Assembly (NCBI GenBank): GCA_003327425.1
Contig: QOQW01000028.1
Coordinates: 8,703-72,702 of the forward strand
Length of the DNA: 64,000 nucleotides
Reading direction: 5' to 3'
Origin: Candidatus Ozemobacter sibiricus
GTDB taxonomy: Bacteria > Muiribacteriota > Ozemobacteria > Ozemobacterales > Ozemobacteraceae
In this document: positions 43,863 through 52,723 of the stretch, one piece after another
Position numbering within the stretch: position 1 is the stretch's first letter
How the letters are laid out: the number at the start of each line of letters is the position of its first letter
The notes under the pieces: generated by a model
The model's input: only the letters and a program-made list of their open reading frames with translations
Told to the model about the DNA's origin: nothing
Database searches by the model: none
Position numbers and translations under genes: made by a program

Positions 43863-45782
43863 ATGCTTCCATTCGCTGATGAGGGGAAGGGGGATGCCGT
43901 GCAAGGTTCATGGTGGCGGACGCTCGGCCTGTTCCTGCTGCTGGCCGTCGTCCTGTGGATCCCGGTGCCGCCCATCTCGTCGGTCGAGGATTTCGAACGC
44001 TGGACGCTCGATCAGCGATTCCGCTGGCGGGGCGCCCGGCCGGCGCCCGACGATGTCGTCATCGTCCGGATCGATTTCGATCAGCCCTGGTTCCGGGAAA
44101 CCCCTACCTTCGCCCTGAGCCCGTGGTATGGGCGGTTCGTGCGGGCGATGGCCGAGGCCTCCGCCTCCTGCGTCTTGTTCGACCTGCTGTTCAGTTCCCG
44201 GCGGCCCGATGATTTCCTGCTGGATCACGTGACGACGGTGCTGGCCAGCCACGGCATCACGCTCGAACGCGCGGTTTTGCGCGATCTCAGTTTCGACCTG
44301 CCGCTCCGCCAGGCCTTGCTGGAGGCGCGGGCCCGCGGCCTGAAGGTCATCCTCGGCACCCAGGCCCGCTCGATGGTGCTCAATGAGGCGCTCGGCGGTC
44401 TGGCCGCCCTGATCGGCCCCAACCATCTCGGCTTCTTCAACATCGACACCGATCCCGATCAGGTGGTACGCTCGGCCTATCTGTACGACATCGATCCGGC
44501 CACGGGTCGGGCCATTCCGGCCGTCAGCCTGGCGATGGCCGGCGCCGTGGCCGGCGGGTTCGCCGTCGCCTCGGGCGGCCAGCTCCTGCTGGGGGGGCGC
44601 CCGGTCGAGCATCTCATCGAGGGGAAACGCGGGTTGATCGATTTCCTCGGCGGGGATGGCACCTTCCGTCAGGAATCCTTCCAGCAGGTCCTGGAGGACT
44701 TCGCCAGCCGTCCGGCCAGTCTGGCGCGGTTCGCCGGCAAGACCGTGCTGGTGGGCTTCACCAATACCCTCGATCGCAAGATGGTGCCGACCGGCTTCAT
44801 GTACGGGGTCGAGATCCATGCTCATCTGCTCGCCAACCTGCGGGCCCGGCGGTTCCTGCAAGCCATGCCGCCGGCGCAGGCCTTCGCGCTCGATCTCGCT
44901 CTGGCCGTACTGGCGGCCGGGGTGTTCGTCCTGGGCGTGAAAGGGGCGGCGGTGGTCACTCCTCTGCTGGTCGTGGGATGGGTGGGAGCCGCGGTGCTCC
45001 TGTTCGGCCATGGCTTCGTGCTGCCGTGCGCCCGGCCGTTGGTGATGCTGATCGGCGGCAGCCTGGTCGAGGGATATCGCCGCTATCGGTTCCTCGAGCG
45101 CGAGAAAGGGCGGCTGCGGCAGCTGTTCGGGCGGTATGTCGATGATACCGTGGTCGAGACGCTGCTGCGCCTGCCGCATGAACACCTCTTGAACGGGGCG
45201 CGGCGGCAGATCTGCGTCATGTTCGCCGATATCCGGGGCTTCACGTCGTTCGCCGAGCAGCGCGATCCGGCCGAGGTCGTCCGTTTCCTCAACACCTATT
45301 TCGGGGGGGCCACCCAGATCATCCAGAAGCACCATGGGGTCGTCGACAAGTTCCTGGGCGATGGGCTGATGGCGTTCTTCAATGCCCCCCTCGAGCGGGA
45401 AACGTTCGCGGCCGACGCGGTGCGGGCGGCGCTCGAGCTCCGGGAGCTGGCGGCCAGCCCGGCAATCCGGAAGGCGGCGGGGGCGTTTCCCATCCGGGTG
45501 GGGATCGCCCTGCACGTCGGGCCGGCGGTGGTGGGCAATATCGGCTCGGAGCGCAAGATCGAGTTCACGGCCATCGGCGACACGGTCAATACGGCTTCCC
45601 GTCTGGAAGCCTTGAACAAGCAGTACGATACGGATATCATGGCGAGTGAGGAAGTGGTCCAGGCGGCACGCGGAGTATGCGCATGGCAGGAACTGGGGGT
45701 GCAGGCGATCCGAGGCAAGGAACGCCAGGTGCGGTTGTTCACCCCGAAGCTTGAGAGCGCGCCGGCCACTAAAGGAGGATGA
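43863..45782 (+). CDS. CHASE2-sensor class-III adenylate/guanylate cyclase
   Basis: N-terminal TM helix, periplasmic CHASE2-like region, three TM helices, then a cyclase homology domain (VMFADIRGFTSF...GDGLMAFF...GDTVNTASRLEALNK) with the metal-binding Asp residues and the Asn/Arg transition-state pair intact. Confidence 0.8.
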   Translation: MLPFADEGKGDAVQGSWWRTLGLFLLLAVVLWIPVPPISSVEDFERWTLDQRFRWRGARPAPDDVVIVRIDFDQPWFRETPTFALSPWYGRFVRAMAEASASCVLFDLLFSSRRPDDFLLDHVTTVLASHGITLERAVLRDLSFDLPLRQALLEARARGLKVILGTQARSMVLNEALGGLAALIGPNHLGFFNIDTDPDQVVRSAYLYDIDPATGRAIPAVSLAMAGAVAGGFAVASGGQLLLGGRPVEHLIEGKRGLIDFLGGDGTFRQESFQQVLEDFASRPASLARFAGKTVLVGFTNTLDRKMVPTGFMYGVEIHAHLLANLRARRFLQAMPPAQAFALDLALAVLAAGVFVLGVKGAAVVTPLLVVGWVGAAVLLFGHGFVLPCARPLVMLIGGSLVEGYRRYRFLEREKGRLRQLFGRYVDDTVVETLLRLPHEHLLNGARRQICVMFADIRGFTSFAEQRDPAEVVRFLNTYFGGATQIIQKHHGVVDKFLGDGLMAFFNAPLERETFAADAVRAALELRELAASPAIRKAAGAFPIRVGIALHVGPAVVGNIGSERKIEFTAIGDTVNTASRLEALNKQYDTDIMASEEVVQAARGVCAWQELGVQAIRGKERQVRLFTPKLESAPATKGG

Positions 45783-45784
45783 TC

Positions 45785-47083
45785 ATGCGAAAGCCAGTCT
45801 GGCGAATGGTGCTGGCGGCGGTTTTGTGGTGGGGCCTGATCGGGCTCCCCGCCCAGGCGCGGGAAGTCGGCCTGGTCACTGACATTGCCGGAGAGGTTCG
45901 AGCGACGCTCGGGAAGGGGAAGCCCTGGGTCCCCCTTCTTGGGGAAAGCCTGCCCGATGGCACGGTCATCGAGACTCCGGCGGGAGGGCAACTGAAGCTC
46001 CTCCATCTGGGACTGAAGCAAGAGATCACCATCCCTGCAGGGCAGCGGGCGGTGTTGACGGCCTCTGGCATCAGCGGAGCCCGGTTTCAGGTCGAAGCTC
46101 ATATCGAAGACCTGCCTGCTTCGCTGGCCCTGAGCGCTGCCAGCCATGAGCAATTGGGCGCCGTCGATGTCGCCACCGTCGATTCCGGAGCAGCCTCGGA
46201 TCGCCTCGAGACCCTCGGAGATCGAGGCGGGGGTGGAACGGGCCCTTCCGATGTCGCGCTCGAAGAACAGGTCCGGACGGGCGTGGCTGATAAGGTTCGA
46301 CGTGAATCCGAAGAAGAACCCGAAAGCGCCAACGCTTTCGCCACAGGCATGAGCGCGCCTCCGGCGCCCGCTCCCGCTCCTGTTCCCGCTCCCGCTCCTG
46401 TGCCTGCTCCAACTCCAGTCCCAGTGGAGCCAACCCGGACTTCGCTGCCGGTTCCCGCTGACCTGAATTCGGCGAAAGCTACCCAGACCGAGATGACCGC
46501 AGACTTCATGGCAGGAGATGATGAGGCCAAAGGAGCTGCGACGGTGGAGGAGCTGGCCGAGCGGGACAAGGCTTCCCAGACCCCGTTGACCAAGAAAGCA
46601 ACCACCCAGGATCTTCAGGTTGGGCCGTCGGCGCCGCCGTCGATCCGGCTGGCCCTTCCGGGTTCGATCCTGGGCAGGGTTCCCAAACAGGGGGATCCGG
46701 TACGGCTGGCCTTCAAGGGCCGACCGATCGATGGGAAGGCCAGGGTCGATCGCGTTGTCGCCATGACGACCGGGTCCTGGGTGCTCATCGACGTCGATCT
46801 GGCGGCCTGGCCGTCGTCGGCTGAACGCACCATCGAGATCGCCCTCACGCTGCCAGGGCAGGCGTCATCCCGGCGGCTCGTCCTCGTGCGTCCCGACGGC
46901 GTCGCCAGGTCTGGTCTGGTCGAGGCGGCACGGTTCCAGGGGCATCGGGGGTTCGCCCAGGCCGCGGCGATCTGGCTCGATCTGGCGGCCACCCGCTCCC
47001 TGTCGCCGACCATCCTGGACCAGCATCTGCAGCGTCTCGCCGCCGAACTCGAAGCCGGGGGGAGCGCCTCACCGCGCCGATGA
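45785..47083 (+). CDS. Secreted FecR-domain protein with an (AP)n-rich linker, downstream of the CHASE2 cyclase
   Basis: GGAGG RBS 6 nt before ATG 45785. Signal peptide. FecR-like beta domain (GLVTDIAGEVRATLGKGKPWVPLLGESLPDGTVIETPAGGQLKL). PAPAPAPVPAPAPVPAPTPVPV repeat. Confidence 0.6.
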   Translation: MRKPVWRMVLAAVLWWGLIGLPAQAREVGLVTDIAGEVRATLGKGKPWVPLLGESLPDGTVIETPAGGQLKLLHLGLKQEITIPAGQRAVLTASGISGARFQVEAHIEDLPASLALSAASHEQLGAVDVATVDSGAASDRLETLGDRGGGGTGPSDVALEEQVRTGVADKVRRESEEEPESANAFATGMSAPPAPAPAPVPAPAPVPAPTPVPVEPTRTSLPVPADLNSAKATQTEMTADFMAGDDEAKGAATVEELAERDKASQTPLTKKATTQDLQVGPSAPPSIRLALPGSILGRVPKQGDPVRLAFKGRPIDGKARVDRVVAMTTGSWVLIDVDLAAWPSSAERTIEIALTLPGQASSRRLVLVRPDGVARSGLVEAARFQGHRGFAQAAAIWLDLAATRSLSPTILDQHLQRLAAELEAGGSASPRR

Positions 47084-47098
47084 CGAGGAGTCGCCGCT

Positions 47099-47674
47099 AT
47101 GCCCTCTGAACTCGTGAAGGCGGTCATTCCCTGGCAGAAGAACCGGGGCGTGATCCTGCTGGCAGATATCGTCGGGTTCTTCCCCCTGGTGGCGCGGCTG
47201 ACGCTCGATGAGCTGGCCGCCTTCCTGTGCGACCTGTATGGGATGTGGGGCCATGAAGTCCGCAAGCAAGGCGGCGAGGTCGTGGCCTACGTGGGCGATT
47301 CGGTGCTGGCCGTCTTCCGGAGCGGAGGCTGCCAGGGCAAGGACCCCGAATGGTGCGCGACGCTCACGGCGTTCCATCTCATGAAAGGCCTGAAACGGAT
47401 CCGCCCCGACATGGAGATGAACGTGGCGCTGCATCAGGGCGAATTCCTCGAAGCCAAATGGGAAGAGCAGGGCCGCACCATGCACAATCTGCTCGGCAAC
47501 GTCGTCAACCAGGCGGCCGCCATGGTGGCCGGCAACAAGACCCGCGGGATCATGGCCACCAAGGCGATCGTCGATGTGCTGGGGCCGCGGGTCAAGCACG
47601 ATCGCTGCATGATCCGCTTCCCCAACGCCAGCCAGGACGAGACCATCTTCCGTCTCCTGTCGCTCGTGCTCTGA
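47099..47674 (+). CDS. Stand-alone cyclase-homology-domain protein (191 aa), probably catalytically degenerate
   Basis: GAGGAG RBS. VILLADIVGFFPL and AYVGDSVLAVF keep the two Asp residues, but the Asn-Thr-Ala-Ser-Arg transition-state motif is replaced by GNVVNQAAAMVAG (no Arg). Confidence 0.6.
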   Translation: MPSELVKAVIPWQKNRGVILLADIVGFFPLVARLTLDELAAFLCDLYGMWGHEVRKQGGEVVAYVGDSVLAVFRSGGCQGKDPEWCATLTAFHLMKGLKRIRPDMEMNVALHQGEFLEAKWEEQGRTMHNLLGNVVNQAAAMVAGNKTRGIMATKAIVDVLGPRVKHDRCMIRFPNASQDETIFRLLSLVL

Positions 47675-47698
47675 GGGCGAGGCCGCGGCGGCGACCGC

Positions 47699-49561
47699 TC
47701 AGCCCCCCTGCTGGCCAGGCCAGGTGGCGAGCGTTTCGAGCACCTGGGTCTCGCGGGCGAGGGCCGGATCGCCGATGACATCGGCTTCCTGACGGAAGTG
47801 GGCGAGGAAGGAGCGGATCAGGTCTCCCCAGGGGGCGTCCACGGTCAGGGGTTGCGACGGGCGTTCCCACAGGCCGAGCCCCGCCCTGCGCTGTTCGGCC
47901 GCCATCAGGCCGGCGCGGGATTGCCTGGCCGCCGACAGCCAGTCTTTGACGAGCTGTCCGTACCGGGCCAGCAGCACCCCCTTGCGGATGCCGGTCGTGT
48001 CGAAGCGTTCCCCTTCCCCGGTCGGGAAGGTCACGGCGGTGCGGTTGGTCACCGTCCGTCCGGCGCGGTCGAGACAGCGGGCTTCGAGCGTCAGATGCGG
48101 CGAGGGGCCGATCTGGCGCACCTTCAGCAGGACCAGGCCGCCTTTGGCTTCCCCCCCAACCGTGCGGGTCGGGAAGAGCGTGTTGACCCGCATCAGTTCG
48201 CCGGTCGCCTCGTTCGCCTCAGGGGAGCCGTAGACTTTTTCGATGACATAGCCGTCGGCTTTGACCTGCAGGGTCAGGTCGAACAACAGCGGGGTCACCA
48301 TGAACTCGAACTCCTCGACCAGCTTCTGGCGGAACTGATCGTTCGAGAAGACGGCGCAATAGTTGGCGCCGCGCACCTTGGTGATGCTCTCGATCAGTTC
48401 GCTCGTGAAATCGAGGCCGATGCCGACGAACGACACGTAGATGCGGCGCTGGCTGGCGGCGCGGGTGAGGCCGAGCAGACCCTCTTCCGAGGTGTCGTCG
48501 GTGTTGGGCATGGCGTCGGTCAGGAAGATGATCCGGTTCTCCCATTCCTCGGGATCGGCGTTGGCATACGGGGCGAGCAGCTCGATGCCCATGGTCAGCC
48601 CGGCCTCCATGTTGGTGCAGCCTTGCGGCCGCAAGGCCAGGATATGCTGGCGGATGGCGGGCATGTCGGTGGCCGAGACCAGGCGCAGGGACTTGGCCAG
48701 GTAGGCCTGGTGGTCGAACAGCACCATGCCGAAGCGATCGTCGGGGCGCAGGTGGTCGAGCAGATCGACGATCGAGCGGCAGGCCACCTCGAGTTTCGAC
48801 AGGGACTGATCGGTGTCGTAGCGCTTGTTCTCGAGGCGCCGACCGGTGAAGCGGTCGTAGTAGTAGCGGTCGAAGGGGCTGCTCATCGAGCCTGAGATAT
48901 CGAGCACGACCAACAGGTTCAGCTTCTTGCGCTGGAAATCGGCGGCGGTGAGATCGGAATTCAGGCCGACGGCCAGGTAGCGTTCGACCTCGCCGGTCAG
49001 CGGGTGGGTGGTGACCGCGGTGGTATAGGTGGGATAGAACAGTCGTTTGGCGCCGCCGGCCGTCTCGGGGGGCGCGGCACGGCCCTTGCCAGTGTCAAAG
49101 GTGTAGTCATAGTACAACCCTTCGAAAGTGACATCGGTGGGGGACGGGAGGTAGCCTTTCTGGAGGTTGCGCCGGAAGGCGTTGACATCTTTGGCGCCGC
49201 CGACCGACAAGGCCAGATCATTGGCGCGCTGCGCTCGTTCGGCCGACATCCAGCCCTGGTCGGTGATGCTGCCGATCATGGGACCCGACACCGAGGCCAG
49301 AACCGCCATGATCACGATCACGACGAGGAAGGAAGCGATCATGCCGCCCATGAGCATCACCCGGATGAACTCCAGGCATAACCAGAGGGCGAGGATCACC
49401 CACGGCCCGTCGCGGACGGGCCTGGGTTCAAGCTCGGTGTGGAAGAGCCAGTCGTCGGTGGGACGGAACAGGCCGGTCAGATGGGCGCCGTACAGATCCC
49501 AGGCGATGAGGGCGAGATTGGCGGTCAAGATGACCAACAGCACCAGGCGAAGCTTGTTCAT
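47699..49561 (-). CDS. Membrane-anchored von Willebrand factor type A (vWA) domain protein (BatA/BatB-like)
   Basis: AAGGAGG RBS before ATG 49561. Two N-terminal TM helices. vWA MIDAS motif LLVVLDISGSMSS. Confidence 0.75.
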   Translation of the reverse strand: MNKLRLVLLVILTANLALIAWDLYGAHLTGLFRPTDDWLFHTELEPRPVRDGPWVILALWLCLEFIRVMLMGGMIASFLVVIVIMAVLASVSGPMIGSITDQGWMSAERAQRANDLALSVGGAKDVNAFRRNLQKGYLPSPTDVTFEGLYYDYTFDTGKGRAAPPETAGGAKRLFYPTYTTAVTTHPLTGEVERYLAVGLNSDLTAADFQRKKLNLLVVLDISGSMSSPFDRYYYDRFTGRRLENKRYDTDQSLSKLEVACRSIVDLLDHLRPDDRFGMVLFDHQAYLAKSLRLVSATDMPAIRQHILALRPQGCTNMEAGLTMGIELLAPYANADPEEWENRIIFLTDAMPNTDDTSEEGLLGLTRAASQRRIYVSFVGIGLDFTSELIESITKVRGANYCAVFSNDQFRQKLVEEFEFMVTPLLFDLTLQVKADGYVIEKVYGSPEANEATGELMRVNTLFPTRTVGGEAKGGLVLLKVRQIGPSPHLTLEARCLDRAGRTVTNRTAVTFPTGEGERFDTTGIRKGVLLARYGQLVKDWLSAARQSRAGLMAAEQRRAGLGLWERPSQPLTVDAPWGDLIRSFLAHFRQEADVIGDPALARETQVLETLATWPGQQGG

Positions 49562-50166
49562 GCGATTCCCTCCTTCTTGAGCGTTGGGGCAGGGTGGCAG
49601 AGACAGCACGAGCCTGTGCGGAGAAGCGAGGCGGCTTCCCCGGATGTGCGCGGGGCCGTTCAGAGCGCGGGGCGGGCCGGAGGCGGCTTCAGGGGGGCCA
49701 GGCGTGGGGCTGGCGAACACCACGCTCAGGCCGCGCCAGCCTTATGGTGAATTTTTCCCCATCGTCCGTCGTCCTCCGCCGGTTCATCCCGGCAAGCACA
49801 ATATAGTGAAAAAAAGCCGGTCCACAAAGCCCAGGTGCTGGACGCGGGTTGAATTCGCGACCCAGCGCTTCATCAGAAGCGCTGAGAGAGAAGGGAAAAG
49901 CCAGCTCGCGGGCGGCTGGGCCCTGTGGTGAGAGGGTCAGGCGGCCCCCACCGGGAGCTGTGGAGGATGGGCATCGCCGGAGGGTGGGCGCCACCAACGC
50001 GCCTTGGCGCCGAACCCAGTGGCCGGGCGCTTGGCAGGAATGGCGGGCCGCCGGGAGAGCGGTTGGGCCTTGCGGGCTGTCTCGGCTGCAGCGCCCAGGA
50101 AGCCGCGCCACGTGCGTTTGACAGGGGCGTCGCCGGCGGATCGGTCAGGCGGTCGCCGAGGCAGGG

Positions 50167-50982
50167 TCAGTCGGCGGTGGGCGAGGCGGAGGCGGGAAGG
50201 GGGGCGCGTCCGTCCAGGGAGAAGGCCAGGCCGTCGGGGGCGGCGAGCACTCCCGTCTCGGAGGCCGCCAGATCGCGCCATGCCACCTGACCCGTGTGCA
50301 CGTGCACGATGCTTTCGGTTTCTTCGACGCTGACGTCGAAGCGAGCCTCGCTTGGCGTCAGCAGAACGGTCGGCAGGCGCACCGCCAGCGGGCGCCCGGC
50401 GGGGAACGCCTCGATCCGGCCGATCCCCTCGGGGATGCCGACGAGGCCGGGGGTGACGACCAGCTCACCGGCGCCGGCCCAGGACAGGCCCGAGCCCTCC
50501 GTCAGCACGAGCGTCACCGAGGCGCCGTCGGCGACGGTCACCCGGTCGCCGGCCAGCAACGGAGTGGCCCGATGGAAGGTCGGCGTGGCGGTCGCCCCGC
50601 TGGCGAGGCGGCCGAGGATGGCTTCGCCGGTGAGATACGCACAGGGCGCTGGCGCTGACGAGGCCATCGGCGATGGATCAACGTGGCTGGGGGCCGTCGG
50701 GCTGGCCCCGCCCTCCAGCCATCCCAGCAGGAAGCCAAGGCCCATCGACAGACCGAGCAGCATCGCCGCCGCCAGCACGAGGCGGGGCCAGGGCAGATCG
50801 CTCAGGGCCAGTCCGGGCGGCGGGCGGAACGGCTCGGCGGCGGCCGGGGGCTGTAGAGCCATCGTCGGGGCGGCCGGGCCGGGAACCGGGCCGCCGTTGG
50901 GGTCGGCCCTCGGGGAACCGACCGGATCGAGCGACGGCTGAGTCATGCCGGCCATGATAGCGACCACCGTCGGCCGCGTCAA
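50167..50982 (-). CDS. Membrane protein with FecR-like periplasmic domain (anti-sigma-like)
   Basis: One TM helix (LVLAAAMLLGLSMGLGFLLGWL) followed by ...TPLLAGDRVTVADGASVTLVLTEGSGLSWAGAGELVV... FecR-like pattern. Start uncertain. Confidence 0.45.
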   Translation of the reverse strand: MTRPTVVAIMAGMTQPSLDPVGSPRADPNGGPVPGPAAPTMALQPPAAAEPFRPPPGLALSDLPWPRLVLAAAMLLGLSMGLGFLLGWLEGGASPTAPSHVDPSPMASSAPAPCAYLTGEAILGRLASGATATPTFHRATPLLAGDRVTVADGASVTLVLTEGSGLSWAGAGELVVTPGLVGIPEGIGRIEAFPAGRPLAVRLPTVLLTPSEARFDVSVEETESIVHVHTGQVAWRDLAASETGVLAAPDGLAFSLDGRAPLPASASPTAD

Positions 50983-51160
50983 ATCGACCGTTCGGAGACG
51001 TCGGCAGGTTGGCGCAGCGGTCGGTCGCAGGATGCGGGCGGGTGGAGCGGTCGGCGGCCCCTCCCAGCCTGGGGCTGCGCACCGTGTCTGGCCTCTGTCG
51101 AGCCGTTCTCGCCCAGCTGGCCGAGAGGCTGCGCTGGGTTTCGCCTTCCGAGGTTGCAGC

Positions 51161-52327
51161 TCAGGGGGCGCGGCGGGGGTGGGCCCGGAAGAACTTCCAG
51201 ATCAGCTCGGTGGCAGGGAAATCGGGATCGGGAGGATCGGCGACCCGGCGCGGCGCTTCCCGGGTGCCGGGCCAGGCGTGGCCTTGCCGATGCAGGACGA
51301 ACAGAGCGACTTCGGTGCCGGCCCGGCCTCCTGTCCAGCGCCAGGCGGTGTAGCCCCGGCTCGGGGCCTCGACCACCGTCGGAGGTTCGACGCAGCCGTT
51401 GGCCTCGACCCAGAATCGCATCGTCTGCGACGCCGACATCATGAAGACCGGCTCGCCCCACGATCGTTCCTGCAGGCCGCCGGCCAGCGGCACGTTCCGA
51501 TCGAGGGCGCCGTTGATGGCCAGCACCGAGACCGGCGTGGCCGGCCGGGGCGGCACCTGCCAGTCTTTCTGGTCCTGGCGGCGGCCGCCGAGCGTGGCGA
51601 CGACCGGGGCGATGGCGGCCAGGCGGTTGTCCGGCCGGGCGGCCAGCCAGTGGCAGAGGATGCCGCCGTTCGAGATGCCCGTCGCATAGAGGCGGTCGGG
51701 GTCGATGGGATACTCCCGCGCCAGCGCCTCGAGCAGAGCGGTGACGAAGCCGCCGTCGTCGACGTGGTGGCGCAGGGCGTCGCCGAACCCGAAATGGACG
51801 TTCCAGGTCAGCAGGATGCCTTCGACCTGGCCGGTGCCATCGGGGGCGACCAGCAGGAATTGCTCACGATCGGCCAGCTCCGGCCACCCGTAGCTGACCA
51901 GCGCCTGCCGCGCTCCGCCCCCGCCCCCATGGAACAGCAGGACCACCGGCAGGCGGTCCGTCCCGTTCCAGGCGGCCGGCCGATGCACGTAGAAGCGGCG
52001 GGTGCGACCGCCATGCTCGAGGGTCTTGTCGACGGTGCCCGGGGGAAGGGGCGTCTGCCGGGCCCGCTGGGCGAGGGCCCACTGCATGAACCGGCGAACG
52101 GGACCGACCCCGGTGGGGGCCGCTCCCGAGGTCGCGTCAGGCGCGGCGGCGACCCCGATCGCCAGCGCCATTCCCCACACCAGGAGCAGGGGAAGCAGGA
52201 GCCACCTGGCTGGCCGCCTGGCGGGGCGGGCGACCGGCGAGAGAGGCTGGTCCGCTGGCCGTGGGACGTCCCGCACCACGGCAACGCCAGGGGTCTGGCT
52301 GGTCGAGGTGGTCCAAAATCGGTTCAT
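51161..52327 (-). CDS. Secreted alpha/beta-hydrolase esterase of the PHB-depolymerase/LpqC family
   Basis: Signal peptide. VVLLFHGGGG oxyanion region. Nucleophile elbow GISNGG. Start taken at Met 52327. Confidence 0.7.
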   Translation of the reverse strand: MNRFWTTSTSQTPGVAVVRDVPRPADQPLSPVARPARRPARWLLLPLLLVWGMALAIGVAAAPDATSGAAPTGVGPVRRFMQWALAQRARQTPLPPGTVDKTLEHGGRTRRFYVHRPAAWNGTDRLPVVLLFHGGGGGARQALVSYGWPELADREQFLLVAPDGTGQVEGILLTWNVHFGFGDALRHHVDDGGFVTALLEALAREYPIDPDRLYATGISNGGILCHWLAARPDNRLAAIAPVVATLGGRRQDQKDWQVPPRPATPVSVLAINGALDRNVPLAGGLQERSWGEPVFMMSASQTMRFWVEANGCVEPPTVVEAPSRGYTAWRWTGGRAGTEVALFVLHRQGHAWPGTREAPRRVADPPDPDFPATELIWKFFRAHPRRAP

Positions 52328-52723
52328 CTGGGCTTTTGATGGCATCGCTTCGTGTGGTCGAGCGGAAACGAGGTCTCGATGGGTCTGCTCGAGTCGCTTG
52401 TATGTTTGAGTATAGCCTTGCCGGGCCCCCGACCGCCAGCCTCAGGATGGATGCCCAACCGCAGAAGTTCCCTCGAGGGGCAAGGGCGCGCCAGGGACCG
52501 CCGGCCCCTGCACCCCGGTTCACCGCTTGCCGAAGGCGGCATGGGTGGCCGCTGAGCCCGTCGTTCTGGCATGGCGCCTGGGCTGACCGTGCGGGGGTCA
52601 TCCTCGCGTGAGCCAGAGCCGAAGATTGATCTCGAGAGCGACGGAAGAGTATAGTTGGCCGGCGCGGGGCCGACGAACAGCGAGGGAAACAACCCCGCGG
52701 CAACCAGGAAAGGACCAACCACC

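Noticed and set aside
52346-52723. glmS ribozyme upstream of the GlmS-like gene
   Set aside because: The conserved ribozyme core motifs were not recognisable, and the element is restricted mainly to Gram-positive lineages.
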